DNA of 64,000 nucleotides from a virus. The stretch spans positions 64,001 through 128,000 of the IMG/VR virus record IMGVR_UViG_3300043122_000207. The stretch is one strand, 5' to 3'. Of the stretch, positions 1 through 9,865 are shown piece after piece. The position numbers and the translations under genes are program-made. The stretch's first letter is position 1. Each line of letters opens with the position of its first letter. The notes beneath the pieces were generated by a model. That model ran no database searches. It worked only from the letters and a program-made list of their open reading frames with translations, and had not been told where the DNA came from.

Positions 1-117
1 TAAGGATAATTTTTTATCAAAAAGATCTTCATGCATTAAATCGTTTTTAGAAATTTTAGCTGGCACATAATTATCTATTGAATATCTTATTCTATCTACA
101 TCTATTTTAACTACCAA
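1..117 (-). CDS. 5' part of a CDS running off the window (MVVKIDVDRIRYSIDNYVPAK...)
   Basis: AGGAGG RBS, TTG start at 117, frame open to position 1, late-type promoter at 166-178; not in the ORF track. Confidence 0.6.
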   Translation of the reverse strand, partial: MVVKIDVDRIRYSIDNYVPAKISKNDLMHEDLFDKKLSL

Positions 118-200
118 ACTAAAAAAACACCTCCTACATTGTATGAACGATTAATTACTTATTTTCTAAAAAATTGTTGTGGGTGAGCTTATAGTTAGTT

Positions 201-1595
201 TTATCTTAATCCGAAAGTATCCAAAAGACTATTTACTGTGTTTACACCAATATCAGAAACATTTCTTTTTGCAGAATGATATAGTTCGCCGGGAGACAAC
301 CTCTTTTTAACTTCATATAATAGTTTTATTTCAGCCATCAATTCTGGATCTGGCTTATTCATATTGTACCCACAAAGGGTTCCAAGATAACCCATTAATC
401 CTGTGGTCTTAATTATCCCCGATATACTTGGTTTTTCTGGCATGTTCATTAAAGCATACAAATCTTTAACTGTCATTGTTACATCAATTTCTGTTGGTAA
501 ACCATCGATAGATACCTTTTCTGGATGACGGTTAATGTTTATTGCTGTTGCCATTCCCATATCACAATTCATCATACCCTTTGAAAAAACTCTTAAGACA
601 AATGGTGATGTGTAAGTGTTTGACATGTTTATTCTTCTGGATGAAACCAATGGTAATAGATGACAGATTGGAACGACTATGTTCATATAAACACTCAATG
701 GATCACCATGTGGTGTTGAGAATTTAAATTTAACATTATATGTTTTATCATAAGAACTATCCTTCCATACATCGGGTAGTGCAACATTTACAGCCAGTGA
801 AGAAACACCCCCGCCTAACATACCACTCAAAGCATTCATCGTGCCTGTATCCATACTCTCATTTGTGGCACCAGTATTCATTTTTTCTATATCCCTGGCA
901 ACATCAGCACCAGCTAGAAAGGAAACTTCAGATAACTTTTGTTTTCCTGGGAAATTGTTAACCATACCCTCTATAGACGATTGTCCAACCATGTTCCCAA
1001 TTATTTCACTGGATTCAACTATACCGTCATTATAGAAAGGAACATATTGCCAGAACTTAGTTGTGTCCCCTTCACCCGATGCCTTCTGTGACATAGAATA
1101 ATTTATAAATTTTGATTTAAATTCACCCCAATGCATTTCGCTGAAATGGGACACACCATCAAAAACATCTCTGGCCATTGTATCAACACCCATCATTTTG
1201 GCAGATATACCAGCTAAAATATCAACGTATCTCCAGTATTCTGCCATGGCATTTTTAAAACCAAATAACTTATCATTTTTATAGTCCTTAAGTATCTTAT
1301 TAATATTTTCTTCTCCACCATCTGATGTTAAGCTTTTAATAAAAGTAGATACCTGTCCTGTTCCTTCACCAGGTAAAAGTTTAGCCTTACCACAAGTAAA
1401 GGCAACAAAATTCCCTTCAGTAATAAATCTTTCAACGTATTCTCCACCGTAGGGGTTATTCGTTGTTTTGGTGTCGGCTAAAGTTGAGAAAATTGGAGGT
1501 GCACCTATAAGACCTTGCAAATCAATGGTACTGTAATTAGAAGATTGGTTTGCCATAGAACCTAAAAGTCTTTCTGTTTCACCTGTCTTTGACAT
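201..1595 (-). CDS. virion structural protein, baseplate hub / tail-tube-initiator-like
   Basis: Directly downstream of the tape-measure-like gene; C-terminal WKDSSY..Y.VKFKF...P..L resembles jumbo phage tube-cap/hub proteins; ATG 1595 follows a GAGGGGGG RBS. Confidence 0.5.
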   Translation of the reverse strand: MSKTGETERLLGSMANQSSNYSTIDLQGLIGAPPIFSTLADTKTTNNPYGGEYVERFITEGNFVAFTCGKAKLLPGEGTGQVSTFIKSLTSDGGEENINKILKDYKNDKLFGFKNAMAEYWRYVDILAGISAKMMGVDTMARDVFDGVSHFSEMHWGEFKSKFINYSMSQKASGEGDTTKFWQYVPFYNDGIVESSEIIGNMVGQSSIEGMVNNFPGKQKLSEVSFLAGADVARDIEKMNTGATNESMDTGTMNALSGMLGGGVSSLAVNVALPDVWKDSSYDKTYNVKFKFSTPHGDPLSVYMNIVVPICHLLPLVSSRRINMSNTYTSPFVLRVFSKGMMNCDMGMATAININRHPEKVSIDGLPTEIDVTMTVKDLYALMNMPEKPSISGIIKTTGLMGYLGTLCGYNMNKPDPELMAEIKLLYEVKKRLSPGELYHSAKRNVSDIGVNTVNSLLDTFGLR

Positions 1596-1631
1596 AATTT
1601 TTCCCCCTCTCAAAAAAGAAAAACAGGGGCT

Positions 1632-4600
1632 TTAAGTTAAGACCCCTGATGATATTTTGTTGATTGTTTCCATAAATGAATCTCTTTTATTTTTGTCTAA
1701 ATTCTGTTCATCTTTACCACCAGCATTAACATTATTTGTGTTATTGTTGCTGGTTATATTATTGGTGTTGGAGTTTTGAACTATCTCTTTACCTACTGTT
1801 GAGAACACTCCGGCCAATTTTTTAATCTCATCTATTAGAGTATCTAATTTCTCTTCAACTTTAGAATTATCAACTGATAAGTCTTTTATAGTTTCAGAAT
1901 TAGAGGAATTATTATAAGTGGTATTATTTATTTCTCTTTCGATATCCCTACCATAAGATACCCTGTCTTTTAGACTTCTTATCTTATTTAGTTGATCTGC
2001 TCTTTGTGTGTTGACCATGGATTTTATCTTATCTCTTTTTTGTCCAGTTAATAAATCAACACCTGCACCTAATCCTGCCCCAACTCTGGTTTTAAAATCA
2101 CTTAAACTAAACATCTTCTCGGGGTCCATTTTAGGTTGAGACATATAAGCTAATGAAGCATCTCTTATTATTTTGTCGTTTACTGAAATCATTTTGGTGT
2201 TGTTTTTAAGTGGATCAAATAACATCAATTTTCCACCAGATTTTTTAACCAGAACATAATGGTCATTTCCGTTTTGTGCTTTGGTTAATAACACGGATTG
2301 TGATCCTTCTGCCATATTATTCATTAGATCAGGTATATTTTCAGTATACATATCTCCTTCTAAATTATGTTTTTCGAATTGGTGTTTAAAGTAATCTATA
2401 ACAACACCGCCGTTACTTGTGTAAGGTGCAGCCTCTTTAGCTAGGACTTCAACTGGAACCTTTTTACCATAATTAGAAAGGAGCATTGATAATACAGATG
2501 GTGCACAACCACTATTAGAGAATTTCTTAGAACCGATCATTAAGTTTTTAAACTTATTGGATTTTTGGTTAACAAAATTATCTCTACCATCACCATGTGC
2601 TGCAGGGTAACCACTTGGACCCATAATAGGTTGGGTTTGACCCCTTCCTCTTTTAGCTTCGGCTTGATCATAATAACTACCAAAGTTTCCTAAAGCACCC
2701 CATACATTGGAGAATGTATTTCCAATATTACCAAAGAACCCGGTTGTGTTTTGGTATGCACTTTGCATCCAGTTAGGTGTATATCTATTTATAAAACCAC
2801 CTGCAGTCTTTTTAATAAAGTCACCAGGGTTTGTTACAATCTCTACAATTGTATCTTTAAATTCGCCCAACTTTTCAGCAATGGTTTCAAATGATTCTTT
2901 AACCTTACCTATTGTGTTATCATATATGGCATCACCCAAGTCAGTGACTTTTTTGGTAAATTCATCATAGGCTGTTTCAACCTTTGATTTTACATTATCA
3001 CCTATACCGACTATTTTGTTTTTGAATTCAGTAAATGATTCTTGAACAGGACTTACTATATTATCATCTAGTGGTTTGACTATCTTTTCATGTAAACCAT
3101 CTTTTATGGATTGAGCTGTATCGGATATCTTTAATTTAGCTTCTTCCACATTCTCTTTAACACCCTGGACTATCTCGTCAACATTAATGAATTGGTCTAC
3201 AACATCACCGGCAGTTTTTCCAGCAGCTTCTAGGAAAGAGCCAAATTTAGAATCCCAGATTGCATCTTTGATACCTATTAGTTTATCACCGATCCATCCA
3301 CCAACATCACCGATTGTTTCAATTGGGTTGGCAATTTTCTTTAAGAATTTACCTGGACCATAAGCACCAACACCAGCACCAATAAGTAATCCCAATGGAC
3401 CACCCATTGCACCACCAGCTGCACCACCTTTTATTGCACCAACTATCCCGTCATTTTCACCCATTTTCTCAAAGATACCTTTTTTAGCATCTTCGCCTTC
3501 TCCATCATTACCGACAAAGAATTCTTTGACACTTGTTGTTATTTTACTACCAAACCCAAAAATAGCATCTTTTACTCCGGTTTGGAATTTAGCTATCCTT
3601 GAACCATTTACGGCACCCATACCAGCACCCAATACTGCACCAGCTATTGTACCGACCCCTGGTCCTATAGCTGTACCTATTAATCCCCACTTAACTGCAT
3701 TCCAAACAATATTTGATACACCATCACCTGTACCACCTAGAACAGATGACATACCAGTTAGCACCTTATCTATAAATGTGGTTTCATCAACATCTTTATC
3801 AAGCATATCGCTTGCATGAATAAAACCTTTAATGGCATCCCAGACACTCATACCAGCACCAGCCGCACCAGAAGCTGCCATACCTGCACCAGCCAATATT
3901 CCTCCAGCACCGTGAGTTGCAACAGCATTGGTGGCGACACCGGCAACAGTACCACCGACAGTTCCACCTAATAATTCAGCTATGGATTCTTGTAAAACAC
4001 CATCTATTAACCCACCTTCATCTTTACTTCCTTTTTTACTTCCGAGTTTATCTTTTATTTTTCCAAGTAAAGATGTTCTTTTGGATTCATTTGAAATGTC
4101 CATTTCCTGTTGTCTATCGGCAACCGTTAAAGCCGTAGAAGAATCAAAATCAATATCTCTACCTTCATGGTTTTGTGCATTCTCAGTTTTATCTAAATCA
4201 TCTTTGGCTGCATTGTAAGCATCAGCATCGATAGCACCCACAGCACCAATAGCATCTAGATGACCACCATCAACATATACTTTCTGAACCCTTTTGGAAA
4301 ATAACTTATCTTTTATCTTTCCAGCTTTATCAGAAAATAAACTACCAACAGATAGTGCTTTATCCAAACCCCACTTACCAGCAGATTTTATTCCACCCCA
4401 TAATTTAGAGATACCACTTGCTAAATGTTCCTTAGCTGATGTGAAGAATTCTTTTCCTCTTTCTTTAAACTCGCCCATTGACTCTTTAATTGATGGGTAG
4501 ATATCTTCTTTCCATCTTTCCCAAGCTGAGGCAGATTTCTTTTTCATATCTTTCATGAATTCTATAGCAGATTCTTTCATAGATTTAGCTGCATCAGACA

Positions 4601-7600
4601 ACTTATCTTTGAATTCTAAACCATATAGATAAACTGTTTCACTTAAGTCTTTTAATTTATCTGTGTATTCGTTCCATTTGCTTTCGATATCCTCTTTAGA
4701 AGGTAACAGACCATCTATTTTATCCTTGATAGTTGATGGTAAGTTTTTCAAGAATGTAAATGGTTTGGTTATATTCTCTTTTATCTTACCTAAGTAATCA
4801 GTTATAGGTGAAATATATTGGTCTTTGAAATTGCCCATCATATTTTTAAATTTCAGCATTAAGGCATTTCTTTTTTTGAATACACCGCCAAACACACCTT
4901 CTTTATCTGGTCTTAATGAAGGGTCTAGGTCACCAAATTGACCAACCAGTAATCTTTTAATGTATTCTATATTGTATGCAACACCATTTAAAAGTTCTTC
5001 TTGTTTTCTCATTATTTTATTTGAGAACTTTTTGATAGGTGATTCTGATATCTCTTCATTTCTTTTTTGTACAGAACCACCACCGGCAGCTTTTTTGTAT
5101 TCGTTCATATCCACAACTGTATCTGACTTTTGGATATCACTTAATACACTTTCCATTGTGGTGTTTGATACTTTACTGGATAATTTATTTAAACTACCCA
5201 TGACATCTAAATCAGAAATCTTTTTAGATAGTCCACTTTTTTTAAACATACCACCGAAAAATTCCTTTATAGATTTTGAATTTTTTAATTCATTATCTCT
5301 TTCTTTAGATTCAGATGCTGTATCTGGATAGAATACAATGAAGTTTCTAGATTTAGCATATATTAGATTTTTTGGTATATCGATTCCTTTGCCTCTCATC
5401 GGATCATCTACAGCAAAATGTTTTTGCTTACCGTTTCTTACTAATATATAATGTAGGGAACCCGACTTATCTTCATATAAAGAGATAACCATTGCACCAC
5501 TTGATATGGTATTATCTAATGCTTTAAGGGATACCTCTTCTCTTGAGAATATGTTAGTTGAGATATCGAATCTGTATCCAACATCTCTGAAGAAACCAAA
5601 AGATATACCGTCATTTTTGACTTTATATTTTTTAGCTATATTTGTTAGTTCATCTGGTTTTATTTCAACATCAAGTATATTTGATACAGCCATTGCAGCT
5701 GTCAATAAACCACAACCAGATTCACCAACTGTTGAACCACCACTTAAAGGAATAGAAGAATAATCGCCGTCCTTTTGTGAGAAGAAATGAATACCTTTTC
5801 CAAATAAAGCTCTATTGGATTTACCACTATATAAACCCTTAACTCTATTTACCCCTTCTCCGTATTCTTCACCTTCATCATCTCTTTTTACTTCGTTATC
5901 TATTTCATCTAAATTTACACTGTCGGTTTGGGAGATATTTTCACTTTTAGGTTCTGTCATATCATCCCCGATACCGAGTTTACCCTTAACCCAATTTATT
6001 GGTTTTTTAAGCCACTCCCCAATTGGTGTTAGGAAAGTGTCTTTAAAACCTTTATATGCATCCATAATTGATTTATGGATTTTATCTGTTCTCTCTTTCC
6101 CAAAAAACTTCTCAGATATATTGGTTATCATTGATTTATCTTTATTTTTGGCACCAAATAATCTCTCTTTTAATTTAGAGTTGTTTGCCATCATACCTGA
6201 ACCAATACCTATTAGGGAAGTCAACATAGTACCCATAAAAGGAGAACCGGTTAAAACGGTAGAAGCTATTGCACCAATACCGATACCACCCATAGCACCA
6301 GCACCAAAATCTAACCCTTTCATTACATTGGGGTTATAATCTTTAAATAAATCCCAACCGTCATCACCAGAGGATCCTCCACCCGATTTAAGAGCTTCAA
6401 CAGCTGGATTTGAACTGGGAGAACCAGCTGCTTTAGAAAATAATTTGGATACACCTTTGGATAGTTGTTTTGTGACCTCATCTTCTATATCTTTTTCATC
6501 TTCTATATTGATATTGGGTGATTCAAAATCATCAGTTGCATCTTTAACACCAGTTAAAATCTGTCCCAATTTGTTATCCATATAGGATGAATGTATATCA
6601 TCTATACTTTGTCCACCAGATTTTATAATATTATCTAAATCATATGGGTTATTATCTTTCCATTCCTTTATTTCTTTAATGTCGTTTACCCCGATTTTAT
6701 CTAGGAACGGTAAATTTGTAACCCCCATCATAGAAGCATTAATATAATCAAGGGTATTGAATTTATCATATGACTCTTCTAAAACTTTTTTATCTTCCTC
6801 TGTCATATTGATGTCAAAATTATTACCCATCTCAGATAAATCTTTTCTATTTCTGGTTGGGTCATATTGACTTAAACTTTTATATTTTCTTTTATCATCT
6901 TCAGCTAGAGGTTCTCCATTTGAACCCATACCGTTTACACCGTAACTTTGAGATCTAAATGAACCGTCGACTAAAGTGTTAACACCAGTCATATTAGCTC
7001 TTTGGGATTGCTCAGCATAATAATCTGACATCTGAACATTATAGTCACCCATTGCATTTTGGATATCTCTGAACTCACTGGCTGAAGTTTGGTCTTTTCC
7101 AGATTTGGCTTTCATTATTGCATTTCTAATTAACTGATATTCAGATTTAGATATTTCATCTGGGGACATACCCATCATATTTATGAACTTATTGTATTTC
7201 ATAACCGACATATCGTCTAAAGTGTATGAACGGTCTAAAAGATTATCAGTTATTTTTGTCATTGTGGCTTCTAAAGCATCTGAGTCCACTTCACCAACAC
7301 GGTCTTTATCTAGGTTACTTTCTACTAGACTGGTTATTCTACCATACTGTCCTTTAAAATCTGGACGCATATCGTAAAATTCTTTTGCTACTTCAGACAC
7401 ATCTTTATATTGACCGGTATCATAATTGAATACCATCTCTTCATTACCAGAAAGTGTTGAAAGTATCTTTCTTAGGTATGTTGGTATAACTTCAGTTATT
7501 GCTTTTTTAGTTACACCATCGAAGAAAGTTCTACCTTTATTATAATTGCCAGTTTGGATGCCCCTGTTTATATCACCTTTATCTCTTAAGGCATCACCCA

Positions 7601-8708
7601 ACATCTTGACAAGTTTATTATCGGATAAGGACATCTTATTGAATAAAGAGTTCTTACCAGCTTTTGCTTGATCAAAAAGCCCATCTAATTTCTCTACAAC
7701 ATCAAATCCTAAGAAACGATTCAATCCTGCTTCAGTAACATCCTTTAAAATCATAGATGGGTTTGACATATATTCTTGCATGAAAGTGGGAGCCATAGAT
7801 GCCATCATAGCAAAAGAACCTGTTGGGTCCATTGCATTTAATAATTTATAACCAGCATCTTGAGCTGCACCTTTATAGTTTCCTTCTCTTATGAAGTCCA
7901 TCATTCCACGGTTTTTATTTTGACCACCCATCATTTGACCCATTGGGTTTTCTTCTATAACAACATTCTCTTCTAATATGGATCTTATCTCGGTCATTAA
8001 ACTCATATGGTCTTGATAGAATTTGGTTGTCTTATCTATGAAATCTTTTTGGATCTCGTCATTAAATTTAACCAGGGTTTCAAGGTTATCATTCATCGTA
8101 TCCATTTTATTATCTAATTTATCGAAGTGTATGTTGGATGCGATTTTACTATCTATATGTAAAGCCTGCATGACATCACTTAAAGATAAAGCTAAAGCTT
8201 CATTACTATCTATGACGGCATCGGGTGTTTTCATATCCATCCCGTCTTTAACAGAATTATTTTGTCTGAGTTTACCTAATAATCCTGAATCTTCATTGGT
8301 GTCTGATGATGTGTTTATGTTTGTTCTGCCGGATGCTTGTTCATCATCTACAGAAACACTACCACCCTGTGGGATATCGTCACCCTCACCGTCATCATAT
8401 ATCATATCATTAACATTTGATAAACCCATTTGTTCTTCAAATGCTTGGTCTTTTCCTTTATATACATTACCTCTTTTTAATTCTTTAAAATATTTCCTAG
8501 AGGCATTATTGATATCTCTAAACATTGAGGTATTTAATATTTGCTTTTTTACATTTCTTATCGAACCTGATTTATGGTATAATTTTTTACTATCTTGTAA
8601 AGTCTTATTTAAATTTCTACCAGCTTCCATTGTATTCGGTGCATAACTTTCTGATAAATCCTTAACCAAATACTCGAAGCTTTTTTTAAGGTTTTTTATA
8701 TAAGCCAA
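1632..8708 (-). CDS. tape-measure / tail lysin-like protein (2358 aa) with two C39 peptidase-like domains
   Basis: Very long, with Gly/Ala-rich amphipathic and Trp-spaced segments; two Q..GC..H..DP papain-fold motif sets; late-type promoter at 8745-8758. Confidence 0.75.
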   Translation of the reverse strand: MAYIKNLKKSFEYLVKDLSESYAPNTMEAGRNLNKTLQDSKKLYHKSGSIRNVKKQILNTSMFRDINNASRKYFKELKRGNVYKGKDQAFEEQMGLSNVNDMIYDDGEGDDIPQGGSVSVDDEQASGRTNINTSSDTNEDSGLLGKLRQNNSVKDGMDMKTPDAVIDSNEALALSLSDVMQALHIDSKIASNIHFDKLDNKMDTMNDNLETLVKFNDEIQKDFIDKTTKFYQDHMSLMTEIRSILEENVVIEENPMGQMMGGQNKNRGMMDFIREGNYKGAAQDAGYKLLNAMDPTGSFAMMASMAPTFMQEYMSNPSMILKDVTEAGLNRFLGFDVVEKLDGLFDQAKAGKNSLFNKMSLSDNKLVKMLGDALRDKGDINRGIQTGNYNKGRTFFDGVTKKAITEVIPTYLRKILSTLSGNEEMVFNYDTGQYKDVSEVAKEFYDMRPDFKGQYGRITSLVESNLDKDRVGEVDSDALEATMTKITDNLLDRSYTLDDMSVMKYNKFINMMGMSPDEISKSEYQLIRNAIMKAKSGKDQTSASEFRDIQNAMGDYNVQMSDYYAEQSQRANMTGVNTLVDGSFRSQSYGVNGMGSNGEPLAEDDKRKYKSLSQYDPTRNRKDLSEMGNNFDINMTEEDKKVLEESYDKFNTLDYINASMMGVTNLPFLDKIGVNDIKEIKEWKDNNPYDLDNIIKSGGQSIDDIHSSYMDNKLGQILTGVKDATDDFESPNINIEDEKDIEDEVTKQLSKGVSKLFSKAAGSPSSNPAVEALKSGGGSSGDDGWDLFKDYNPNVMKGLDFGAGAMGGIGIGAIASTVLTGSPFMGTMLTSLIGIGSGMMANNSKLKERLFGAKNKDKSMITNISEKFFGKERTDKIHKSIMDAYKGFKDTFLTPIGEWLKKPINWVKGKLGIGDDMTEPKSENISQTDSVNLDEIDNEVKRDDEGEEYGEGVNRVKGLYSGKSNRALFGKGIHFFSQKDGDYSSIPLSGGSTVGESGCGLLTAAMAVSNILDVEIKPDELTNIAKKYKVKNDGISFGFFRDVGYRFDISTNIFSREEVSLKALDNTISSGAMVISLYEDKSGSLHYILVRNGKQKHFAVDDPMRGKGIDIPKNLIYAKSRNFIVFYPDTASESKERDNELKNSKSIKEFFGGMFKKSGLSKKISDLDVMGSLNKLSSKVSNTTMESVLSDIQKSDTVVDMNEYKKAAGGGSVQKRNEEISESPIKKFSNKIMRKQEELLNGVAYNIEYIKRLLVGQFGDLDPSLRPDKEGVFGGVFKKRNALMLKFKNMMGNFKDQYISPITDYLGKIKENITKPFTFLKNLPSTIKDKIDGLLPSKEDIESKWNEYTDKLKDLSETVYLYGLEFKDKLSDAAKSMKESAIEFMKDMKKKSASAWERWKEDIYPSIKESMGEFKERGKEFFTSAKEHLASGISKLWGGIKSAGKWGLDKALSVGSLFSDKAGKIKDKLFSKRVQKVYVDGGHLDAIGAVGAIDADAYNAAKDDLDKTENAQNHEGRDIDFDSSTALTVADRQQEMDISNESKRTSLLGKIKDKLGSKKGSKDEGGLIDGVLQESIAELLGGTVGGTVAGVATNAVATHGAGGILAGAGMAASGAAGAGMSVWDAIKGFIHASDMLDKDVDETTFIDKVLTGMSSVLGGTGDGVSNIVWNAVKWGLIGTAIGPGVGTIAGAVLGAGMGAVNGSRIAKFQTGVKDAIFGFGSKITTSVKEFFVGNDGEGEDAKKGIFEKMGENDGIVGAIKGGAAGGAMGGPLGLLIGAGVGAYGPGKFLKKIANPIETIGDVGGWIGDKLIGIKDAIWDSKFGSFLEAAGKTAGDVVDQFINVDEIVQGVKENVEEAKLKISDTAQSIKDGLHEKIVKPLDDNIVSPVQESFTEFKNKIVGIGDNVKSKVETAYDEFTKKVTDLGDAIYDNTIGKVKESFETIAEKLGEFKDTIVEIVTNPGDFIKKTAGGFINRYTPNWMQSAYQNTTGFFGNIGNTFSNVWGALGNFGSYYDQAEAKRGRGQTQPIMGPSGYPAAHGDGRDNFVNQKSNKFKNLMIGSKKFSNSGCAPSVLSMLLSNYGKKVPVEVLAKEAAPYTSNGGVVIDYFKHQFEKHNLEGDMYTENIPDLMNNMAEGSQSVLLTKAQNGNDHYVLVKKSGGKLMLFDPLKNNTKMISVNDKIIRDASLAYMSQPKMDPEKMFSLSDFKTRVGAGLGAGVDLLTGQKRDKIKSMVNTQRADQLNKIRSLKDRVSYGRDIEREINNTTYNNSSNSETIKDLSVDNSKVEEKLDTLIDEIKKLAGVFSTVGKEIVQNSNTNNITSNNNTNNVNAGGKDEQNLDKNKRDSFMETINKISSGVLT

Positions 8709-8744
8709 AGTGTCTTCACCCCTTTATAAACTTATTTGTTTAAA

Positions 8745-8801
8745 CTATTTACTTTGTTCCTCTTACCTTTTTATGGTGATATGTCAAAAACAATACTGTA
8801 G
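8745..8801. promoter_or_regulatory. divergent late-type promoters
   Basis: Minus AACA-AAGTAAA-TAG (8745-8758) and plus AACA-ATACTG-TAG (8789-8801). Confidence 0.7.
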
Positions 8802-8839
8802 TGTTTTTATATTTATATAGTATTTGAGGGGGAAAAAAT

Positions 8840-9763
8840 GTGAGACATTACAAAGTAGATGAACATATAATAGAAAATCTAGAAGAAAAAAAAGAGATTG
8901 CATGTGATTTACCGATCACCGATATAGGATATTACCACATATTCAAACATAAAGAACCGATCGAATTTTTATCGGATGATGATATGTACTCTGGTTTCTC
9001 AAGAACCAATTATTTTTACCCCAATGGTCTAATGGCTTATTATGATGGCACAACTTTAAAAGCTGTAGACAGAAACAGATGTGTTTATGGGCAGAAAGGA
9101 AAAAATCCATATCAGTGGATGGCTATAGATTCCCTGCTTAGACCAGAAAAAGAATTAGTTGTTTTGACTGGTGTTGCTGGTAGTGGCAAAACATTTTTAG
9201 CATTAGCATATGCTTTAAATATGATAGACAATCCAGATTGCGAGAATAAATATAATAGAATAGTTTTATCCAGACCGAAACAAACTCTAGAAAGAAAAGA
9301 TGGTGCGGTACCTGGTGATGATGATGATAAAATCAAAGCTTATATGATGCCTTTCTATGATAATGCTAAAGCGATGGGTGCAACCCAAACCTTTAGGAGA
9401 ATGGTTGGTCGTGGTGACGATATAATGGGTATAGAATTTCAACCTTTAGAAAAAATAAAAGGAAGAAGTTATGCTAACGCCATAGTTATAATAGACGAAA
9501 GTGAAGATATGAGATATAGAGAAGTTGAGTCTTTATTAACTAGGTCCGATAATGCTAAGGTTATTTTAAGTGGTGACATAAAACAAATTGACGATAAGAC
9601 ATTCACCAAAAACAATATCCCTTTAGTATATACCATTAAAAAAACAGAGGGTCAATTATTTGCATCCCATATAAATAATCCTGTTACTTCAAGAAAAGGT
9701 GAACTCACAAAATTTGTGATAAACAATTTTTCACAAGAAGAATACAGGTCTAAAAAATACTAA
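8840..9763 (+). CDS. phoH: PhoH-family ATPase (PhoH2/YlaK-like, no obvious intact PIN domain)
   Basis: Walker A GVAGSGKT, then LSRP, VPG, KGRS, IIDESED and ILSGDIKQID PhoH motifs. Confidence 0.9.
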   Translation: MRHYKVDEHIIENLEEKKEIACDLPITDIGYYHIFKHKEPIEFLSDDDMYSGFSRTNYFYPNGLMAYYDGTTLKAVDRNRCVYGQKGKNPYQWMAIDSLLRPEKELVVLTGVAGSGKTFLALAYALNMIDNPDCENKYNRIVLSRPKQTLERKDGAVPGDDDDKIKAYMMPFYDNAKAMGATQTFRRMVGRGDDIMGIEFQPLEKIKGRSYANAIVIIDESEDMRYREVESLLTRSDNAKVILSGDIKQIDDKTFTKNNIPLVYTIKKTEGQLFASHINNPVTSRKGELTKFVINNFSQEEYRSKKY

Positions 9764-9770
9764 AAATTGT

Positions 9771-9790
9771 GGCAGGGGTCAAACCCTGCC
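9771..9790. terminator. intrinsic terminator
   Basis: GGCAGGG-GTCAAA-CCCTGCC followed by TTTA. Confidence 0.8.
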
Positions 9791-9865
9791 TTTATTTAAT
9801 CTAAAGATAAACCTACCGAAACAATTTAGATAGAAATTTAACCGTTTATTAAAGGAGGTTTATAA

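Noticed and set aside
2707-8646. Many plus-strand ORFs inside the tape-measure gene, plus similar shadow ORFs such as 20160-20609, 58618-59361 and 60566-60973
   Set aside because: They are antisense shadows of long real genes, with Ser/Phe/Leu-rich composition and no RBS
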